A stretch of DNA of 62,415 nt, filler included, from Globobulimina sp. (taxonomy: Eukaryota), in NCBI GenBank assembly GCA_003354225.1. It is 31 parts of 31 records of this genome, joined end to end, with 100 filler letters (N's around TTAATTAATTAA, not from the genome) between each part and the next. Parts side by side here need not be neighbours in the genome. Positions count along the whole stretch, not along the records: positions 56,471 to 58,385 come from PIVH01010633.1; positions 58,486 to 60,400 come from PIVH01010634.1; positions 60,501 to 62,415 come from PIVH01010635.1; 28 more parts are not named here. One strand, 5' to 3'. Below, piece after piece: positions 58,187 through 62,415 of the stretch. A model generated the notes under the pieces. The model saw nothing but the letters and a program-made list of their open reading frames with translations. It did no database searches and was not told the origin of the DNA. The position numbers and the translations under genes are program-made. Position 1 is the first letter of the stretch. Each line of letters opens with the position of its first letter.

Positions 58187-58634
58187 TTAACGCAAATTAA
58201 TGCACATAATAATATCAACGCATATATTATCCACTAAATTAAATTATGTGTTGAAGACTGTAGGATAATAAAAAAATTATTTTCACCAAACTGGTCGAAT
58301 TCGAGAAATATTAGCCATTCAAAGAGCTTTGCGAAAAAATATTTAGTGTACAGTTTTCTGATTTATATTTTACAATTTATCCACGNNNNNNNNNNNNNNN
58401 NNNNNNNNNNNNNNNNNNNNNNNNNNNNNTTAATTAATTAANNNNNNNNNNNNNNNNNNNNNNNNNNNNNNNNNNNNNNNNNNNNTTAACACAAATGCAA
58501 TTATTGTAATATTATAAAATTTCATCAAACATTGCATATTTTTTAAACAATTTGGCAAAGATGGATCCATTACAGATTTAAGTTTCTTTTCAGTGCAAAA
58601 AAAATTGATTTTAAAAAGTTGATATGATGATTTT

Positions 58635-59231
58635 TTATATACAAACTACGTATACCTTAAATTTTGCCGTATCCTTCAATATGAACCGTGGTAAAATAAC
58701 CAATGAGATCATAAATACGGCATCAGAGACGGCCATACAATCAACGATTTCATTACTAAATATAACAAGATATAATTGTATATAATAACCAGTGGGAATG
58801 AAATCTGGTTCATGCGTATATTCATGAAAGGACCATTCAAATGCACTCGTTGTAAGAACAATGGCTGGTATTATTATACTGTTTATTGTAATAAATACAA
58901 TGTATGATTGGACTGCCGTGAATATAAACATTTCACCATTGGTCCCTGCGTATAGTGATAGCATTAGTTTCTTTATGCCAAATAATCCAATTAATAGAAA
59001 CGGGTACGATAACCATATGGCAGATGCAGCAATCTCCATTCTGCTTCGATATTCTTTTGACGACAATAAATTATGGAGTGTAAGTACTTCTTCTTCAGTG
59101 TTCACAGAATACACATCATAATCAATGGAATACATAAATACTGCAACTAATATTAAAAGTTGAGCGCAAATAAATGAACATCCTGAACATTTCATTTCAT
59201 ATCTGTTGGGAAACGGGTTTGTCTGTGACAT
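58635..59231 (-). CDS. Multi-pass membrane protein, first exon
   Basis: ATG at 59231, four hydrophobic helices, probable donor AAG|GTATAC near 58655. Confidence 0.65.
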   Translation of the reverse strand: MSQTNPFPNRYEMKCSGCSFICAQLLILVAVFMYSIDYDVYSVNTEEEVLTLHNLLSSKEYRSRMEIAASAIWLSYPFLLIGLFGIKKLMLSLYAGTNGEMFIFTAVQSYIVFITINSIIIPAIVLTTSAFEWSFHEYTHEPDFIPTGYYIQLYLVIFSNEIVDCMAVSDAVFMISLVILPRFILKDTAKFKVYVVCI

Positions 59232-59396
59232 GATTAAACTTTAATGCTTTGGTTATTGTAGTTAAAAACTGTCAGTAAAGTCGCAGTTTTTAAATATATT
59301 TGACATTTTGTGCAAGGATAAATTAAAGTTCGCTTTAAATAAAGGTAATCAATCAATCCACGTCAAACATATTTAGCGGACACTGTTCGATGTATA

Positions 59397-60400
59397 TTAT
59401 TTATAAAAACATCCTCTGCTGTCACACCATTCACATGTTCGACAATTAATGGTGTTGTTCTGGCGCGAATGATTAACAATTGGATTGATAATACGTTTAT
59501 GTTTTTCCTTATTATGTGAAATAATCTTATTTAAAATCATTGTTAAACACTGTGATCGCTGTTGATATCTTAGATCAGCTTTGGATGCATCAAACAGTGC
59601 TTTTTGTGCTCTGTAAATACTATAATCATTAATCAATATATGATCAATTCCGACAAAATATTTCTTGCCATCATTTAGCATGGCCATTGATAATACCATC
59701 GATATATCATCACAATGTGCGATTTGTTCATCAATAATTGTCAATAAATCGTATTCTTCCAATAACAATGCTAAGTTTGGTAAATATTGGCTGTTAAACA
59801 TACTCATTCCTGGTAATAACATGTCAAAATATGGCAAATTCTCATTTTTATATTCAAATACATCCTCCCCACCGTCACCAACACCATTTACAAATTGGCG
59901 CGTTGTGCGCATTGAAGTGCGAGAGGGCGCAATGATTTTGAGTTTGTTCACTAAAAATGTCTCTAACATACACGATATGGTATATTGATTGAGATACATA
60001 TCATCGTCGATAAATACTGCGGATAAAGTCTTAAATGTATGATGACGAGATATGAACCACCGATTGGCCATGGAATTCTTTCTTTGTTGGTATACATTGA
60101 TTGGGATTTTATGTGTTATGCTGTCAATATGCAACGATGAGTGACTGTAATTAAATAATAATATCGGATTGTTCCATACAATCACTATCTCATGGATTAT
60201 ACCACCAAATTTGTTACAGTCATTGTATTGTGATAATATTCTCATTAATGCTTCATTATTTGTATAAGACATTATTACCAATGTCGTTAAATTTGTTGGG
60301 TCTGCTATTGCGTCACACACTGCTCCATTTTGCAATTGTTCATTAGAATGTGCACTGGGAAGTGGTGTATAGACGGTAGAGTGTTCAAAATAGTGCACGA
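59397..60400 (-). CDS. Glycosyltransferase family 64 (EXTL2-like), 5' partial
   Basis: EIVIVWNN, NSMANRW, FIDDD (DxD), HCDDI, RSQCL. Confidence 0.82.
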
Positions 60401-60500
60401 NNNNNNNNNNNNNNNNNNNNNNNNNNNNNNNNNNNNNNNNNNNNTTAATTAATTAANNNNNNNNNNNNNNNNNNNNNNNNNNNNNNNNNNNNNNNNNNNN

Positions 60501-62266
60501 AAGCTTTGAAATATATCGCAGAAAGAATAGAAATTATGGATATTACGGTCGATGACATTCAATGGGTATTGACCATTCCTGCATTATGGAACAATGAAAG
60601 TAAACATATGATGAGGCAATGGGGCTTAGCGTCAGGTTTAATCAATGAGAAAATTACAAATCATCTCAAAATTGTATTAGGTATTATATAATAATCTGTA
60701 TTCTGTCCCCTTTGCATGTGTACATATTGCTATATATAAATAGAACCGGAATGTGCGAGTCTCCAAATACAGCATGAATTCCATAACGATAAAGAGGTGA
60801 AATTTGATGTCGGTGATAAATATATATTGGTAGACGCCGGAGGAGGTACCGTCGACATCGTAGCTCATGAAATCTATTCCAAATTTGGCGTAAAAGAAAT
60901 CATAGCAAGTTGTGGCGGCCCCTATGGCTCAATCAATATCGATAAAAAATTAGAAGAGTTATTTGATACAATATTTGGAGTGGAAAATATGAATACTTTC
61001 AGGGAACAGCGAGCCAAAGAATATGTAAAATGGATTGAGAATGTAGTGACAGCGAAATGTGGTTTTTATTCCAGTTATTCGAGCAACACAACCTTGACCG
61101 ACGAAAGCAAAAAGGATCTCTACCATTCGATTGAATTAGACCGCACATTTTATAACTCGATCAAAAATAAAACGTTTAACAATCAGAAATTCTCAAAATA
61201 TTTGAAATCCATCCAAGAAATATTTGGTGTGAATGGCAGAGATATTGGCATTAAAATTGATGAAAAAGAAAGGATGTTTAAAACATCGACAATGGGCATA
61301 GATTATGCATATTTACAGATTCATGAGAATGTTTGGAAGAAAATATTTGATGATAACTGCTTAAATGGCATTATTGACATTGTTAAGACCATTATGACCC
61401 AAAAAAAAGATATTTTGAATGACACAAAATATATATTTATGGTTGGTGGCTTGTCGCAAAGTAAATGGTTCCAAAAAAGAATGAAAGACGAATTTAAATC
61501 AATCGCTATTGTAATACCTAAGAATCCCTTATTATGCGTGGTTTGCGGTGCTTGTCGTTATGGCTATAAAACCGATTTTATTCATACGCGAATATTGAAG
61601 AAAACATATGCTGTTCGTATATCTGCAACATACGATTCGTTAATGCTGGAGCACAGATTAATGGATTTGGTGAATTATATGGAAAATGAGGATGGAAACG
61701 ATGCTAAAGACGAAGAGATGGAGGGTGTTATAAATACATTAATTACTAAATTTAAAGAAGATGGAGATGAAGATATGAATACGAATGATAATAAATTACA
61801 ACGAGAGAGAGTTTGTAGTAAAATTAAAGAGCAATGTGACGAAGCTCCAATACCAAAAGAATGGATAAATGAAAATGTTACACTGAGTGGGATGGCAAAA
61901 GAATTAATTTGTAACCGGTTATTATCAATTTTAGCAAGAAAAGGAGATGAAATTGAAATAAATTCCAGTAATAAAATTACGCGAACATATCAGAGATGGA
62001 GTAAAGAACAAAAATTATCAAATATTGAAATATATTGTAGTGATGAAAAGAATCCGCGAATAATTGATGATGCAACAAAACTTTGTGAGGGGGTCTTGAA
62101 ATATGCTGAAATTGAGAATAATAACGAGAATGATGGGGATGATGGCGATAATTTAGCGGTAATATTTGAAGTGTCATTTGATGATAGTTTACTGATTGCT
62201 TATGTTTATCCGAAAGGAAAAGAAAATCAAAGGGCTGAACTTGCCATGGAATATCAAACAAATTAA
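60501..62266 (+). CDS. HSPA12-like atypical Hsp70-family protein, 5' partial
   Basis: WVLTIPALW; intron 60681-60743 restores IVLEPECASL; DAGGGTVDI; FMVGGLSQS. Confidence 0.9.
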
Positions 62267-62415
62267 TCTAATTATTTATTTATTGAGTATGTACAGTATT
62301 GTGTTCAACTGTGTTACGATGTTTTGCTTGTAATATTTGTGATCTATTTTTTTTTTTTTTACTTTAGTTAAGAGTAAGAAAGAGTAATGCTAGTTTTCCG
62401 TAATCACTTTGTTCA

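Noticed and set aside
1919-60500. Regularly spaced TTAATTAATTAA repeat as a CRISPR-like or biological array
   Set aside because: Always embedded in 44+44 N; an assembly linker.
1-62415. Gene clusters across neighbouring contigs
   Set aside because: Contigs are ordered by length, so adjacency is artificial.

Overview
This is not one locus. It is 31 unrelated contigs of about 1.9 kb (1918 falling to 1915 bp, i.e. sorted by length) joined by an artificial 100-nt linker (44 N + TTAATTAATTAA + 44 N), so adjacency across linkers means nothing. The contigs come from an AT-rich eukaryote with short GT-AG introns (mostly 57-76 nt) and the standard genetic code. The gene mix suggests a protist, possibly a foraminiferan/rhizarian (inference only). 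Recognisable, mostly partial genes: Patched/NPC1-like, MFS, VPS15, DEP-C2, two ABCC transporters, small Tim, DHHC palmitoyltransferase, VIT-vWA, DUF900 hydrolase, CDPK-like kinase, G-alpha, Kelch-like, OPR-like, pectin acetylesterase, cold-shock domain, EF-hand protein, glutaminyl cyclase, C2H2 zinc finger, GH130-like, DDX49-like helicase, DUF4246, PRIM2, sulfotransferase-like, GT64 and HSPA12-like. Best candidates for novelty: a G-alpha lacking both catalytic residues (Arg->Asn, Gln->Glu); a 91-aa SAM-like N-terminal module 64% identical on two proteins with different downstream regions; a signal peptide + F-box-like + ankyrin-like protein; a 182-bp PIF/Harbinger-type MITE; a PRIM2 gene whose three introns are all 3n and stop-free; a microbial-type PARG homologue without its catalytic loop; and isolated in-frame stops in otherwise intact genes. 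All family calls are by motif recognition by eye; no database search was run.
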